DNA from: Dehalococcoidia bacterium
GTDB taxonomy: Bacteria; Chloroflexota; Dehalococcoidia; GIF9; UBA5629
Length of the DNA stretch: 32,000 nucleotides
Assembly: GCA_050011565.1 (NCBI GenBank)
Contig: JBEKIW010000001.1
Coordinates: 234,254 to 266,253, forward strand
Direction of reading: 5' to 3'
Shown here piece by piece: positions 31,144 to 32,000 of the stretch. How positions within the stretch are numbered: position 1 is the first letter of the stretch; every line of letters begins with the position of its first letter. Below the pieces are notes generated by a model. The model worked only from the letters and a program-made list of their open reading frames with translations. It did no database searches and was not told the origin of the DNA. A program made the position numbers and the translations under genes.

Positions 31144-32000
31144 TTATACTTCTACAGCTGTGGTGAGAATCATAGGGCGGCGTCGGGTTTGCTCGTAAAA
31201 GAACTTGCTCAAAGTATCCTTCACCTTGGTATCAATGAAGCTCCATTCCAGCGGGTGCCCGCCGCTGTGGTCTAATGCGGCTTTTACCAGGTCTCGGCCT
31301 TGCTCCAGTATAGTTTCGCCTTCTTTCATATCCACGAAGCCCCTTGAAACAATATCAGGACGGCCTACAACTCTGCCCTTTTCCTTGTCGATAGCAACAA
31401 TTACCACCACAATTCCATCCTTGGAGAGCAGTTTCCGGTCGCGGAGGATGACGCTGGCCAGGTCTCCCATAACCAGTCCATCCACATAGACGTTACCTGT
31501 AGGCAGTTTGCCGGCTATTCTGCCCTTTTCGCGGTCCAGCTCAAGTATGCTTCCGTTTTCTAGGACGAAGATGTTAGTTTCGGGTATGCCGAGGCTTTTA
31601 GCCAGCTTAGCATGCAGGCTCAAATGACGGTATTCGCCGTGGATGGGAACAAAGAATTTAGGCCTGACCATACTAAGTAAAAGTTTCAGTTCCTCCTGGC
31701 TGCCGTGTCCGTGGACATGTACTTGAGCTAACTTCTCATAAACCACATTAGCGCCCTGGCGAAACAGGTTATCGATCGTCCGGTTGACTAGCGCTTCGTT
31801 ACCCGGTACGGGCGTAGCTGACATTATTACCGTGTCTCCAGGAATAATTTTAACCTGGTTATTGTCCCGATTGGCAATGCGCACCAGGGCTGAAGTCGGC
31901 TCTCCCTGGCTGCCGGTGGTCAGAAGGATAATCTTGTCGTGGGGGAAGCGGTGGATTTCTTCAAAGTGGCGAATAACATCGGGTGGAGAAGTGAGATATC
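31144..32000 (-). CDS. rnj: Ribonuclease J (3' portion; gene continues beyond the window end)
   Basis: The frame stays open upstream of the listed Met to position 32000 (...DVIRHFEEIHRFPHDKIILLTTGSQGEPTSALVRIANRD...). HVHGHGSQEEL and FVPIHGEYRHL are beta-CASP/metallo-beta-lactamase RNase J motifs, followed by the C-terminal domain. Confidence 0.9.
   Translation of the reverse strand, partial: YLTSPPDVIRHFEEIHRFPHDKIILLTTGSQGEPTSALVRIANRDNNQVKIIPGDTVIMSATPVPGNEALVNRTIDNLFRQGANVVYEKLAQVHVHGHGSQEELKLLLSMVRPKFFVPIHGEYRHLSLHAKLAKSLGIPETNIFVLENGSILELDREKGRIAGKLPTGNVYVDGLVMGDLASVILRDRKLLSKDGIVVVIVAIDKEKGRVVGRPDIVSRGFVDMKEGETILEQGRDLVKAALDHSGGHPLEWSFIDTKVKDTLSKFFYEQTRRRPMILTTAVEV

Overview
This is a 32-kb bacterial chromosomal window. 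G+C is roughly mid-50s % by eye. The taxon cannot be established from the window; the gene content would fit an uncultured anaerobe. Left third (0.1-5.8 kb): dedA, then a DNA-repair block yebC-ruvC-ruvA-rmuC-uvrB. The 3' end of uvrB looks like an insertion hotspot. Its last ~31 codons occur three times: a functional copy at 5747-5842, an intact-frame relic at 8032-8133, and a decayed AT-rich relic at 9999-10088. These copies bracket two cargo islets. One carries a tungsten-type aldehyde:ferredoxin oxidoreductase plus a MoaD/ThiS-like GG protein. The other carries a conspicuously AT-rich orphan P-loop NTPase. No recombinase gene is visible in either islet. 10.1-12.3 kb holds an alpha/beta hydrolase and a nitronate-monooxygenase-family flavoenzyme, embedded in mosaic clusters of short GC-rich hairpin repeats (BIME/REP-like) that recur in six intergenic regions. 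The standout is 12.5-20.0 kb, a seven-gene phosphothreonine-signalling locus. On the minus strand it encodes Zn-ribbon-FHA, a PP2C phosphatase, a membrane-anchored Hanks kinase with no ectodomain, and three paralogous signal-peptide/ectodomain/TM/C-terminal-FHA proteins. Divergently it encodes an FHA-OmpR-type winged-helix regulator. 11-bp-phased TGACA direct repeats occur in two intergenic regions of the locus and are candidate operators for that regulator. Right third: rlmB, a CDP-alcohol phosphatidyltransferase, a LuxR-type HTH solo, a small Zn-ribbon protein with a decayed upstream duplicate, a repeat-rich P/Y/C/Q-rich lipoprotein, a fused 1208-aa TMD-NBD-TMD-NBD ABC exporter with one degenerate ATP site, a cyclophilin, ftsK, and the 3' part of RNase J, which runs off the window. 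No rRNA, tRNA or CRISPR array was recognised.
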